The translations under genes and the position numbers were made by a program. Below are positions 41,788 to 51,334 of a stretch of 64,000 nt of DNA, in pieces. Within the stretch, counting starts at the first letter, position 1. The number at the start of each line of letters is the position of its first letter. Source of the stretch: an uncultured Gemmatimonadaceae bacterium (GTDB lineage Bacteria > Gemmatimonadota > Gemmatimonadetes > Gemmatimonadales > GWC2-71-9); NCBI GenBank assembly GCA_964578865.1, contig CAZOES010000007.1:16169-80168 (forward strand), written 5' to 3'. The notes below the pieces were generated by a model. That model was given only the letters and a program-made list of their open reading frames with translations, ran no database searches and was not told where the DNA came from.

Positions 41788-42858
41788 CTACTCGATGCGC
41801 AGTGTCTGCTCCATCGAGTAGCACTGATCCCAGATGAAGGTATCGAACCCACCCAGCCGCGACTGCCACTTGGGTGTGACGGCGTTGACGCACTGGGCCG
41901 CCACCCGATCGATGTAGTTGTCGTACAGCGCCCAGGGATTGCCTGCATCCTGGGGATTCAGGGTCTCGCCCGGTTTGGTCGTCGCCAACGCCGTGGCCGC
42001 AGCCTGTTTGAGATCGGCATAGAACTCCGCCTGGGCGTCGACATCCGCGTGGGTCCCGGTGCGAGTCACGTGACCGCCGACGAAGGTGTCCCAGCTGAGC
42101 TTTCGAATCTCCTCGACCTGGGCGATGGAGCCGAGCACGTCCTGGGCAACCGCGAATCGGCGCCAGGGAATCCAGCCGGGGAACACCAGGTCGATCGCCA
42201 TCAGCACTCGCTGAGCCGGGGCATAGATGAAGATGTTGCCCGGCAGGTGACCGTTCCCGTGATAGGACAGTTCCAGCACCTGCTTCCCGGCCTTCAGGGT
42301 GTAGCGATCGGCAAAGGTCACTGTGGGCAGGGGCCGATTGGGATCGCCATCCCGCTTGAGCAGCCGCAGAGTCTCCTGATGCGCGACGATGATCGGATGA
42401 CCCCCGAGCGTCTTGGCTCCACCGATGTGATCGGCGTGGGCGTGACTGTACACCAGGTGGGTAATCGGCTTGTCAGTCACTTCGGCAACAGCTTGACGGA
42501 TCTTGCCGGCGAAAGCCTGGGGAGCGTCGATGACCACGACCCCGCTGTCGTACACCATGAACATCGACTGTATCGCGTTGTCGGTAATCAGGTAGAGTCC
42601 CTTACCGAAGTCCTGCAACCGATAGCCTTTGGCCGGATCGACCGGCGGACCTTTCGAGGCCTCGGGGACATCGAGATACTTCCCGATTCGCACTCCGATC
42701 GGAGCGATCGCGGGCATGTTGGGATATGGCTCGTTGTTAGCACCCATGCTGCTGCCGGAGCCGCCGTTTTGCCCCAGGGCGGACCCGGTGAACGTATTGA
42801 ACAAGACCAGCAATAGACCGGCAGTGCGGGCCAGCCGCTGATTGATGTGGTCGGTCAT
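41788..42858 (-). CDS. MBL-fold metallo-hydrolase, secreted
   Basis: YSHAHADHIGG (HxHxDH) motif. Start moved to ATG 42858 (MTDHINQRLARTAGLLLVLFNTFTGSALGQ, a signal peptide). Confidence 0.8.
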   Translation of the reverse strand: MTDHINQRLARTAGLLLVLFNTFTGSALGQNGGSGSSMGANNEPYPNMPAIAPIGVRIGKYLDVPEASKGPPVDPAKGYRLQDFGKGLYLITDNAIQSMFMVYDSGVVVIDAPQAFAGKIRQAVAEVTDKPITHLVYSHAHADHIGGAKTLGGHPIIVAHQETLRLLKRDGDPNRPLPTVTFADRYTLKAGKQVLELSYHGNGHLPGNIFIYAPAQRVLMAIDLVFPGWIPWRRFAVAQDVLGSIAQVEEIRKLSWDTFVGGHVTRTGTHADVDAQAEFYADLKQAAATALATTKPGETLNPQDAGNPWALYDNYIDRVAAQCVNAVTPKWQSRLGGFDTFIWDQCYSMEQTLRIE

Positions 42859-43048
42859 TGGGATTGCCTGCTCCCTTCCTCTATATAGATGGTGGTTCGC
42901 GCTTCTCGGAGAGGCCTGGACCACCGCCTCTCGATCCTGATGCGGAGGCGCCCCGGGAATCCCGACATGATCACTCCCATAATCGTCCGACTCATCAAGA
43001 TGCCACCACCCAGAAAGCGGCTCCATTGGACCTTGGTATCGCGAAGGC

Positions 43049-43459
43049 TTAGAGGACTTCTTCGATCAAGTGAACCGGCCCATCCGGGCGAATCTCGCCG
43101 ATCCCAACCGCGAGCAGCCGGTTCAGGTAGGAGTACTTCCCCTCGACGGTTGCGAAGCGTGGTAAGGTGCGAAAGTAGGGTGCACCAGGTGCTGAATCAT
43201 CACGGAGCCCTTCGAAAGTCATGTGGATCAGCGCGCCATCATCGGTTTCCAGGGTGATTCGCAGATCGAGTTGGATCACTCCATCGGACCGCTTCACCGC
43301 CCAATCGTCGCCGCCGGGCAGCACTTTGCCGCGCAGCCGCTCGCCTTCGAACGATCCTCCGGTAATGGGAAAGGTGAAGCGGGTCCCCTGGGGGGTGTCG
43401 CCGATGTTCTGGGTCGGGGCGGTCTGCAGACGCAGGACGAAGAGGGGACGCGATTCCAT
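43049..43459 (-). CDS. DUF3237 family protein (paralog 2)
   Basis: GGSFEGERLRGKVLPGGDDWAVKRSDGVIQLDLRITLETDDGALIHMTFEGLR. Start moved to ATG 43459. Confidence 0.7.
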   Translation of the reverse strand: MESRPLFVLRLQTAPTQNIGDTPQGTRFTFPITGGSFEGERLRGKVLPGGDDWAVKRSDGVIQLDLRITLETDDGALIHMTFEGLRDDSAPGAPYFRTLPRFATVEGKYSYLNRLLAVGIGEIRPDGPVHLIEEVL

Positions 43460-43460
43460 T

Positions 43461-43910
43461 TTAGAGGATCTCCTCGATCGTGTAGATCGGTCCGCTGGGA
43501 CGGCGATCCCCTTTCGACACCGCAAGGAGGCGATTCAGGAAGGCGTATTTGGGTGTGCCGGTGTCGAACCGCGGCGTGGTGCGGAAGTAGTAGCTGGCCG
43601 GATCAACGGTCTCGCCCCGGCCCAGAGCGGCGATCACTTCGGGTGGTCCGTGACGGAGCCCGAACGAGGTCAGGTGAATCAGGGCGCCATCGTCAGTCTC
43701 GAGGGTCACCCGCAGATCGAGCTCCAGCACACCATCTCCCCGGAGTAGAGTCCAATCGCCTCCTCCGGGGAGGACCTTGCCTTTGAGCCGGGGCCCTTCG
43801 AAATGACCGCTGACGATCGGTGCGGTGAGCCGAGTGCCGTGAGGCACTGGACCGATTTTCTGTGCTCCGGAGACCTCGACCTGCAGGGTCATCAACAACC
43901 GGGTGTTCAT
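43461..43910 (-). CDS. DUF3237 family protein (paralog 1)
   Basis: SGHFEGPRLKGKVLPGGGDWTLLRGDGVLELDLRVTLETDDGALIHLTSFGLR. ATGA overlap with the upstream hydrolase. Confidence 0.7.
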   Translation of the reverse strand: MNTRLLMTLQVEVSGAQKIGPVPHGTRLTAPIVSGHFEGPRLKGKVLPGGGDWTLLRGDGVLELDLRVTLETDDGALIHLTSFGLRHGPPEVIAALGRGETVDPASYYFRTTPRFDTGTPKYAFLNRLLAVSKGDRRPSGPIYTIEEIL

Positions 43911-44992
43911 CGGCTTGACTCCACATCGACAATCGCCTTGGCAAACGCGGCCGGTGCCTCCTGGGGCAGGTTATGCCCGATCCCACCGGTGACAACCCGG
44001 TGCTGGTACGGTCCGACAAACTTCTCCTTGTATGTCTTCGCCTCGGGGTGGGGAGCGCCGTTGGCGTCGCCTTCCAGCGTAATGGTGGGAACCATGATGG
44101 TGGGAGCGGTGGCCAGCCGGCTTTCCAGGTCATCGTAGCGAGCTTCGCCCGGTGCGAGACCCAGCCGCCAGCGGTAATTGTGGATCACGATCGACACGTG
44201 ATCAGGGTTGTTGAACGCGGCCGCGGTGGTCTGGAAGGTCGGCTCGTCGAAGTGCCACTTCGGCGAAGCCAGCCGCCAGATCAACCGGGCGAACTCCTCT
44301 CGGTTCTGGTCGTAGCCGGCCCGTCCCCGTTCGGTGGCGAAATAGTACTGATACCACCAGAGATACTCGGCTTCCGGTGGCAATGGAGTGCCGGCGGTCG
44401 CGGGGTTCCCGATCAGGTATCCACTCACCGAGACCAGCCCGGTACACCGCTCGGGCCAGAGGGCCGCCATGATGTTGGCGCTGCGGGCTCCCCAATCACA
44501 TCCGCCCACGATGGCCGTCTTGATCCTGAGAGCATCCAGCAGCTCGATCATGTCGACCGCGAGGGCCGACTGTTGGCCATTGCGAACGGTTGCCGAGTCG
44601 AGGAAGCTGGTCGTTCCGTAGCCTCGCAGAAACGGCACGATCACTCGATAGCCGGATCCAGCCAGGCGCCGAGTCACGTCGGCGTAGGTGTGGACGTCGT
44701 AGGGCCAGCCATGAATCAAGAGGACCACCGGCCCTTGGGGCGGCCCATCTTCGATGTAGCCGACATTCAACAGGCCGGCTCTGATCTGCTTCAAGGTCCC
44801 GAAAGAGTCGGGTTGGTTGCCCGGGTCTCGGGTCATCGATGGTGTCACCTCGCTCGCAACAGGTCTGATCCCCAGCTGGACCGCCGCGAAGGCCGTGGCG
44901 GTGGCACGCAGCAATCGGCGTCGTTCGGGATCGGCCGGTCCGGGCATTCGGGTGAGTCCTTCCCATGGTGGAGACGTGAATGAGCCCGTCAC
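43907..44992 (-). CDS. Alpha/beta hydrolase, epoxide-hydrolase/haloalkane-dehalogenase-like, with Tat-type signal
   Basis: HGWP oxyanion motif (LLIHGWPYD). Asp nucleophile elbow GGCDWGA. Twin-arginine ERRRLLRATATAFAA. Confidence 0.8.
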   Translation of the reverse strand: MTGSFTSPPWEGLTRMPGPADPERRRLLRATATAFAAVQLGIRPVASEVTPSMTRDPGNQPDSFGTLKQIRAGLLNVGYIEDGPPQGPVVLLIHGWPYDVHTYADVTRRLAGSGYRVIVPFLRGYGTTSFLDSATVRNGQQSALAVDMIELLDALRIKTAIVGGCDWGARSANIMAALWPERCTGLVSVSGYLIGNPATAGTPLPPEAEYLWWYQYYFATERGRAGYDQNREEFARLIWRLASPKWHFDEPTFQTTAAAFNNPDHVSIVIHNYRWRLGLAPGEARYDDLESRLATAPTIMVPTITLEGDANGAPHPEAKTYKEKFVGPYQHRVVTGGIGHNLPQEAPAAFAKAIVDVESSR

Positions 44993-45038
44993 GGCATCAT
45001 GACGGGCTCATGTTACCGGCCAGAATGGGATAATCCTA

Positions 45039-45689
45039 TTAGACCATAGTCTCAGCCATAGGGCGTGAGTGACGCAGGAGAACCGGGAGATCCAACCCAG
45101 CGGCCATCCGTACCAGCTCGGGGAGCGAGGCAGCGCTCATCTTCTGCATCACCCTCCCGCGGTGTGCTTTCACAGTGATCTCACTGATCCCCAGCCGACC
45201 TCCGACCTGCTTGTTGAGGTATCCCGAGGCTACCAGCGTCATGACCTGTCTCTCGCGCGGGCTCAGCGATGCGTAGGCATTCCGGACCATCTCCAGTTCG
45301 GTCTCGCGTTTGAGGGATAGGCGGCTGAGGTCGAGTCCCTCCTGGATGGCCTCAGCGATTTCTGCCTCGTTGAAGGGCGGGGTGAAAACCTGAAAAACGC
45401 CGGCTTTCATTGCCTTGACCACCGTGGTGATGTCGAGCTGGTCGGCCAGCAGAACGAGCGGGGTGCGATTGCCGCCCGCGCGCTGCTGAACCAACTCCCA
45501 GGCTCGATCCTCTCCCGTGGTCTCCAGCAGGAGCACCCCCGGACCGGGAATACGGGCGTGAAGCGGGAACCCCTCGGCCGAGTTCAGGGTGGTGGACTCC
45601 CAGCCGGCCCGTTGTGCCAGAATTGTTAATGCCTGGCGTACCGCCGGGTCGTGATGAAGGATGAAAACAACCGGGTTGGCCAATGGCAT
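45039..45689 (-). CDS. FixJ/LuxR-family regulator with degenerate (pseudo-)receiver domain
   Basis: The C-terminal LuxR HTH (LSPRERQVMTLVASGYLNKQVGGRLGISEITVKAHRGRVMQKM) is intact. All key receiver positions deviate from FixJ as I recall it: DD becomes HH(D), D54 becomes E (VLLLETTGED), T82 becomes A, and K104 becomes T (FTPPF). Confidence 0.8.
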   Translation of the reverse strand: MPLANPVVFILHHDPAVRQALTILAQRAGWESTTLNSAEGFPLHARIPGPGVLLLETTGEDRAWELVQQRAGGNRTPLVLLADQLDITTVVKAMKAGVFQVFTPPFNEAEIAEAIQEGLDLSRLSLKRETELEMVRNAYASLSPRERQVMTLVASGYLNKQVGGRLGISEITVKAHRGRVMQKMSAASLPELVRMAAGLDLPVLLRHSRPMAETMV

Positions 45690-45823
45690 AGGTGACGCCC
45701 TCCCCTTGGCAGGGTTTCCTTGCGGGCAGTAATCCAGTGGATAGTCTTACGGTAGCGGACCCTGCGCCAACCCATTGTGCAGCAGACGGCTGGAGAGCTC
45801 AACGCCAAGATGTTGACCGAATC

Positions 45824-47224
45824 ATGACCGCGATGCAGCTGCTCCAGTTCGGCGAGTTCTCGGCGGAGATCGATGACCTCAAGTGTCATGCGATCTTTCG
45901 CGGCCGGGCCCCGGTCGGCCTCAGCGACGTTCCCCGCAAAGTTCTCTTTCAGCTTCTCCGCAACCGCCCTCGGCCGGTGATGGGCAAACTCCTGCTCCAG
46001 GAGTTGTGGCCGGCCGGGGCCAACCCCAGCAACCTGGCCAAGCAGATTCGCGCGATTCGGGCGGCGCTGGGAGACTCACGGTCTCAGCGCTACATCATGA
46101 CCGTGAACAAGGAAGGCTACGCCTTCGTCATGGCGGTCAGGGAATCATCGCTGGAGGCAGGGGCGGCGGGTGAAGTCGAACCTCAGGCTTCGCCGGTTCC
46201 GGTACTGCAGTCCTCCAGTGGCGCCGGCCAGGATTCGCTCAGCAAGGATGAATGGCGGTTGGCCCGGGACAAGCTCATGAAGGACTTTCGCGGTTCCTGT
46301 CTCCATGACCTGGAACTGCTGGAAGAGGCGATCGAGGAGTGCCACCATCGGATCCGATTGATCGCCAGTCGCAGGCGAATTCCACTGGATGGCCGGTTCT
46401 CGCGTGAACCGGTACTGGTCCCGCCCCGACGCCACGAAACCGGCTCGTCGCTGAGCCAGGCTCCTTCGGTCGGTGAAGTCGAAGCCGTGAAAGCTCTGTT
46501 GCAATACTCCCAGACTGCACCCCTGGTGGTGAACGTGGGGGCCTATTCACCGGCCTGCCTCGCGGTCCTTCAGAGTCTTCGCCGGCGCTACGGCCTCGAG
46601 TGCCGCGCCATCTTCGAAGACCTCAGCGGTCGCCAGCAGGTGCTGCGGCTGTTTCACGATGACGATGCCGATTTTCTCTTCGCGCCCCATGCCCCGATGC
46701 TCCTGGTAGGAGACGTGGGTGCGCTGGACTATCGCTGGCTGACCCCGGTCCACTCCTACGAGCAGGTCGTGTTCCGAGTCCCCGGGCCAGCCTCCAGTCG
46801 CCGGCGCGGGCGTCGGCTCCTGGTCTACAAGGGTGGATCGCCGGAGGAGCAGCTGCTGGCGGGAACCGCGATTCCGCCAACCGCGGCCCCCGAGTGGGTA
46901 TCGAGCCTGGAATCTCTGGTGGCGTGGGTGCCTGGGCTCGATGCCGGGGATATGGTGATTGCCTGGGAGCCGCTAGCCGCCGGGCTGGAATCGAAACACA
47001 GGCTCGACCGGGTTTCCCAGTTCCGGCTCTGGCAGTCGCTTTATTGCCACAAACGCTGGCAACGCGGTGCTCTGCGGGGGTTGAAAGAACAATTCCGCCG
47101 CTTGTTTGCCGGTGAATGGATCTATTGTCGGGGTAATCGTGAGTGGGCTGCTGAGTGTCTCGCCGTCGAGCTGAGGGCGCTGGAATATTTCACGGCAGGG
47201 AGCGGATTGCGCCACGCTCCCTGA
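45824..47224 (+). CDS. Winged-helix (OmpR/CadC-type trans_reg_C) DNA-binding protein with uncharacterised about 330-aa C-terminal domain
   Basis: N-terminus: LQFGEFSAEIDDLKCHAIFRGRAPVGLSDVPRKVLFQLLRNRPRPVMGKLLLQELWP...YIMTVNKEGYAF. No receiver domain and no TM segment. Start moved to ATG 45824. Confidence 0.6.
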   Translation: MTAMQLLQFGEFSAEIDDLKCHAIFRGRAPVGLSDVPRKVLFQLLRNRPRPVMGKLLLQELWPAGANPSNLAKQIRAIRAALGDSRSQRYIMTVNKEGYAFVMAVRESSLEAGAAGEVEPQASPVPVLQSSSGAGQDSLSKDEWRLARDKLMKDFRGSCLHDLELLEEAIEECHHRIRLIASRRRIPLDGRFSREPVLVPPRRHETGSSLSQAPSVGEVEAVKALLQYSQTAPLVVNVGAYSPACLAVLQSLRRRYGLECRAIFEDLSGRQQVLRLFHDDDADFLFAPHAPMLLVGDVGALDYRWLTPVHSYEQVVFRVPGPASSRRRGRRLLVYKGGSPEEQLLAGTAIPPTAAPEWVSSLESLVAWVPGLDAGDMVIAWEPLAAGLESKHRLDRVSQFRLWQSLYCHKRWQRGALRGLKEQFRRLFAGEWIYCRGNREWAAECLAVELRALEYFTAGSGLRHAP

Positions 47225-47237
47225 CGTGCGGCGCGGG

Positions 47238-48119
47238 TTAGTCGAGGAACCAGCCGGCTTGTTTCACAAAGGAGTCATGGTACTGAAACAGCGAGCCATG
47301 GCCGGCATCCGGGTAGGTCAGCAACGTCGCGTTCGGCAGGTGTTCCGCCAGGAAGTAGGAGTTACGGACCGGAATCATCTGGTCAAACACCCCGTTGACT
47401 ACCAGACAGGGATGGGCGATCCGCCGGAGCTTGGCGAAGCGCTCGCCTTCTACCCGCTCCCAGGCCCGGAAGGCCGCGATCTGCGCCTGGGCAACTTTCG
47501 GCCCTGACAACGGCTCGCGATCGGTCTTGCGAGCGGCGAGTCGAGTCGCGAAAGCCTGACCGGCCGCTTGACTGGGTTCACTGGGGGTAAAGAACAGCTT
47601 TACCAGGGTCTGCAGCCCGGTGACTTTGGGATCTTCCAGGATCTGTCTCAGCACCGGCTTCTCCAGATGCATGACGTCTTCGCCGCCCTCCGGTGCGGTG
47701 CCCACCAGAAGCATCCTTCGGATCAATGATGGACGGGCCAGCGCGGTTTCCTGGGCCACCATTCCACCCAGCGAAAAACCCAACAGGTCAACCTGGGTCA
47801 GCCTCAGCGCATCGACGAAGGCGAGGAGGTGCTGGGCCATCTCCGGAATGCTGGTTGGGACCGCTCCGGTTGAACGGCCCAGCCCGGCACTCTCAAACAG
47901 GATGACCTCCCGCCCTTCGGCCAGCCGATCCGTGACAGCCGGATCCCAGTTGTCGAGGGTGCCGGTGAAATGCTGCAGCAAGACTAACGGCGGCGCGCTT
48001 CCGCCTCCGAACCGTCGATAGGCGTAGGTTTCGCGGCGAGTCTCAATCAGCTGGGTTGGCGCGGTCACATTGCTGCCAGCATCGCGGGTTAGGGTCGTTG
48101 GCATACAGTCCTCATGCAT
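47238..48119 (-). CDS. Alpha/beta hydrolase
   Basis: Nucleophile elbow GFSLGGMVAQ, with a C-terminal ...YPDAGHG. Confidence 0.8.
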   Translation of the reverse strand: MHEDCMPTTLTRDAGSNVTAPTQLIETRRETYAYRRFGGGSAPPLVLLQHFTGTLDNWDPAVTDRLAEGREVILFESAGLGRSTGAVPTSIPEMAQHLLAFVDALRLTQVDLLGFSLGGMVAQETALARPSLIRRMLLVGTAPEGGEDVMHLEKPVLRQILEDPKVTGLQTLVKLFFTPSEPSQAAGQAFATRLAARKTDREPLSGPKVAQAQIAAFRAWERVEGERFAKLRRIAHPCLVVNGVFDQMIPVRNSYFLAEHLPNATLLTYPDAGHGSLFQYHDSFVKQAGWFLD

Positions 48120-48130
48120 TCCGGTTCGGG

Positions 48131-48955
48131 CTACGACTTGATGAACTCGAGCAAGTCGGCGTTGATCTGATCGGCGTTGGTCGCGGGCATTCCGTGGGGG
48201 AATCCCTTATAGGTCTTGAGCACCGCGCCTTTGATGAGTTTGGAGCTCAGGGGTGCCGAGTCGGCGTAAGGCACGATCTGATCGTCATCGCCGTGCATCA
48301 CCAGGGTAGGCACCGCGATCTTCTTCAGATCTTCAGTAAAGTCGGTCTGGGAGAAGGCCACGATTCCATCGTAGTGCGCTTTGGCGCCGCCCATCATTCC
48401 CTGGCGCCACCAGTTACGGATCAGTGCCTCGGAGACTTTCGCTCCGGGTCGGTTGAATCCGTAGAACGGACCCGATGGCAGGTCGAGATAGAACTGGGCC
48501 CGGTTGGCGGCGAGCTGGGCCTGCAGGTCGTCGAACACACTCTTGGGCAGCCCACCGGGGTTGGCCGGGGTCTGAACCATCAGCGGCGGAACCGCACTGA
48601 TCAACACCGCCTTGGCCACTCGGCCCGCTCCATGCCGCGCGACATAGGCCGTGACTTCACCGCCGCCGGTCGAGTGCCCGATGTGGACCGCATTCTTGAG
48701 GTTGAGATGGGTCGTCAGGCTGGCCAGATCCGCAGCGTAGTGATCCATATCGTGTCCGTCGGCGGTCTGGCTGGAGCGGCCGTGTCCCCGCCGGTCATGG
48801 GCAATGACCCGGTAGCCACGATTGAGGAAAAACATCATCTGGTTATCCCAGTCGTCGCCCGACAGGGGCCAGCCATGAGAAAAGACGATCGGCTGGCCGC
48901 TGCCCCAGTCCTTATAGAAGATCTCGACACCGTCCTTGGTGGTAATTGCAGGCAT
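48131..48955 (-). CDS. Alpha/beta hydrolase, non-heme haloperoxidase / arylesterase-like
   Basis: [43 protein letters not shown]...GHSTGGGEV...HGDDDQIVP. Confidence 0.85.
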   Translation of the reverse strand: MPAITTKDGVEIFYKDWGSGQPIVFSHGWPLSGDDWDNQMMFFLNRGYRVIAHDRRGHGRSSQTADGHDMDHYAADLASLTTHLNLKNAVHIGHSTGGGEVTAYVARHGAGRVAKAVLISAVPPLMVQTPANPGGLPKSVFDDLQAQLAANRAQFYLDLPSGPFYGFNRPGAKVSEALIRNWWRQGMMGGAKAHYDGIVAFSQTDFTEDLKKIAVPTLVMHGDDDQIVPYADSAPLSSKLIKGAVLKTYKGFPHGMPATNADQINADLLEFIKS

Positions 48956-49005
48956 GGTTTTCTCTGGCGGGTTGATGTTGAATCGTGGGTGGCCGGCGAG
49001 CCGGC

Positions 49006-49974
49006 TTACCCGAAGGTAAATGCGTATGCTTCAATGCCGGCATCGAGGAACTCGAGCTGGAACAGCCGGTCGACGATCGGCTTTGGCTGGCGAATCAACT
49101 GATACAGTCGCCGCTCCTTCGACACACCATTGCCGTCTGCCTCGGTATCTCCGCCATGCGCCGCGTCGGGTGGCTCACCGTCCAGGGTCACCCGGAATCG
49201 GACGGAGCCGGCATCAGCGGCCGGCCCCATGACCAGATGGAGATCGCGGGCATGAAACCGATAGGCCAGGCGCCCGCCCGGCTGGTTCAAGCGGATTGAC
49301 TCCTGATTGATCGACCAGTCGCCGTGCAGGGCCCAATGATTGGGGCGAAGATCGGCCGGCTGGGTGTAGATCTGGCTTTGCCCCGCCGCCACATGGTCCG
49401 ACTGTGCGAAGTTCTCGGTCCGCTGATAGCCCAGATAGTTCTCACCTGAGCGCAGGGTCTCCCAGTCGGCCGCCGCCTCGATCCCAAGCCCTTCGATCGG
49501 GGCATGGGGCCGAGTCACCGGCGAGGCATCGCTCTCCCGGAGCAGCTTCTGGATCACTCTTTCCGTTTCAGAGTATCCGCCTTCACCAAACTGCTGATGC
49601 CGCAGCTTCCCGTTGGGGTCGAACAGGTACAGCGCCGGCCAATACTGATTGTCGAAGCCACGCCAAACTCGATACTCGCTATCCACCGCAATCGGATAGG
49701 CCACTCTCAGCTCGCGGGCGGCCCGTTCTACATTCTCGAGGTCGGCCTCGAAGCCGAACTCCGGAGTATGCACTCCCACGACCAGCAGGCCCGAAGCACC
49801 ATAGGCCTCGAACCACGCCCGCGTGTAGGGCAGGGTCCTCAACCAGTTGATGCAGGTGAAAGTCCAGAACTGCACCAGCACCACCTTGCCCTTGAAATCG
49901 CCGTTGCTCTGGGCCGGCGAGTTGAGCCAGACCGTGGCGTTGCCGAGCGCCGCCAGCTTTCCACCGAGACTCAC
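49006..49974 (-). CDS. DipZ-C-terminal-like thioredoxin-fold protein with CxxW in place of CxxC
   Basis: [19 protein letters not shown]...[10 protein letters not shown]...[42 protein letters not shown], followed by a beta-rich C-terminal domain. Probable GTG start 49974 forms a GTGA overlap with the ohr stop codon. Confidence 0.7.
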   Translation of the reverse strand: MSLGGKLAALGNATVWLNSPAQSNGDFKGKVVLVQFWTFTCINWLRTLPYTRAWFEAYGASGLLVVGVHTPEFGFEADLENVERAARELRVAYPIAVDSEYRVWRGFDNQYWPALYLFDPNGKLRHQQFGEGGYSETERVIQKLLRESDASPVTRPHAPIEGLGIEAAADWETLRSGENYLGYQRTENFAQSDHVAAGQSQIYTQPADLRPNHWALHGDWSINQESIRLNQPGGRLAYRFHARDLHLVMGPAADAGSVRFRVTLDGEPPDAAHGGDTEADGNGVSKERRLYQLIRQPKPIVDRLFQLEFLDAGIEAYAFTFG

Positions 49975-50417
49975 ACCGCTGCCGGAGTCGCGGTGTTCAC
50001 CACGGTGGTAACCACGTTGATGTTGCCATGGGTGGCCTTGGAGTAGGGACACTCCAGGTGAGCCGCCTCCACCAGTTTCTGGCCCACCTCGGGGGTGACA
50101 CCGGGAAGGCTGACGATCAGCCGGGCCTGAATGAAGTAGCCACCGTTGGCGGTCCCCAGATCCACTTCGGCGTCGACAGCGGCCTCAGGCGATAGCCGGA
50201 CCTTGTTCCTGGCCGCGGCAATCTTGAGTGCCGACAGGAAACAGGAGGACCACCCCACCGCAAACAGTTGCTCAGGGTTGGTACCTTTTCCATGGGTTCC
50301 GGGCACTGCCAGCTTAACGTCCAGTTCGCCATCCGAAGTGCGGGAGCTGCCCCCTTCACGGCCGCCGATGGTATGGGTCTTGGCAGTATAGAGGACCTTC
50401 TCAATTGGGGTAATCAT
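49971..50417 (-). CDS. ohr: Organic hydroperoxide resistance protein (OsmC/Ohr family)
   Basis: EQLFAVGWSSCFLSAL and ECPYSKATHGNINV, the two conserved Cys. ATG 50417 has GGAGG upstream. The long alternative N-terminus is rejected. Confidence 0.85.
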   Translation of the reverse strand: MITPIEKVLYTAKTHTIGGREGGSSRTSDGELDVKLAVPGTHGKGTNPEQLFAVGWSSCFLSALKIAAARNKVRLSPEAAVDAEVDLGTANGGYFIQARLIVSLPGVTPEVGQKLVEAAHLECPYSKATHGNINVVTTVVNTATPAAV

Positions 50418-50449
50418 CTTGTGAGCCTCCAGGTAAATTGTGCGTCTGA

Positions 50450-51166
50450 CTACCAGCCGGCCCGCGAGGCGGTCGATTTGTGCAAGAGCACCCGGCTCAC
50501 TCCGATCACCCATAGCAGCAGGATGGCGGGCGACACGATTCGGGTGAACACCCCGTCGGGCGCCCAGACTCCGCCGCTCACCCAGGTGGTGCCGCCCAAC
50601 ACGCCGAGAACCACACCGGCCAGGCCAACCGAAAAGAGCCCATTTGAGATCCTGCCCGCACGCCACAGGCCGAAGACGCCCGACATGATCAGCATGGCCC
50701 GGGGGAACGAGATCAGCACGCCCAGCGCCCACATGAGATCGTTAAGCGCTGAGGTTAGGCCGGAGTTGCCCGATCCGTTGGTGGATAAGGCGAGCGTAGC
50801 GCCGATCGCGAGATGCAACAGGTAGAGACCGCCGAACACGGCGCTTGCTGCGGTCGCGGCAGAACCCCAGCCGCCTTGTCCGGCGTCTTCCAGCGCTACT
50901 CGGAGCGCCGCGGCAAACCAGAGCAGGTTGAGCAGGTTCAGTCCCAGGAACATGGTCCCAATCAGGACCCGGGTGCGCTCTCCCTGGTAGAACCCGGCCA
51001 GTTCCTCGGCCGAGGCCCCCAGGTGGGGCTGGGCTCCGTAGATCAGCGAGGCGACGATGAACAGGCCGACGAACTGGAGGCCGGCTCCACGCCAGAATCG
51101 TTCCCAGAAGGTGTGAGTCCCGACCCCGACCGTCCCGCCAGTAGCAGTTGCAGCTGAACCGTTCAT
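50450..51166 (-). CDS. Hypothetical integral membrane protein (about 6 TM segments)
   Basis: The hydrophobic ORF is coherent and no family is recognised. Confidence 0.5.
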   Translation of the reverse strand: MNGSAATATGGTVGVGTHTFWERFWRGAGLQFVGLFIVASLIYGAQPHLGASAEELAGFYQGERTRVLIGTMFLGLNLLNLLWFAAALRVALEDAGQGGWGSAATAASAVFGGLYLLHLAIGATLALSTNGSGNSGLTSALNDLMWALGVLISFPRAMLIMSGVFGLWRAGRISNGLFSVGLAGVVLGVLGGTTWVSGGVWAPDGVFTRIVSPAILLLWVIGVSRVLLHKSTASRAGW

Positions 51167-51334
51167 AGAGATCTCTCAGTCGTTCAGACCTAGAGTGCCT
51201 GACGGCTCACAGGATGCCCGCACGGGTCAACTCAGTCCATTGGACCATGGTATCGGCGGTGCCGGCCCCCCTGGACTCCGAATACATCGAACGACGTATT
51301 GTCCCAGCCAGTTGGCCTCCGCAAGCTTGTTGCC

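Noticed and set aside
48056-49102. 348-aa + strand ORF, and similar long antisense ORFs: 43973-44983, 42049-42816, 38448-39335, 29578-30741, 28553-28906 and 10500-11591.
   Set aside because: Each is opposite a gene with clear family motifs. They have biased Arg/Gly/Asp/His composition and no RBS or domain signal. These are high-GC shadow ORFs.
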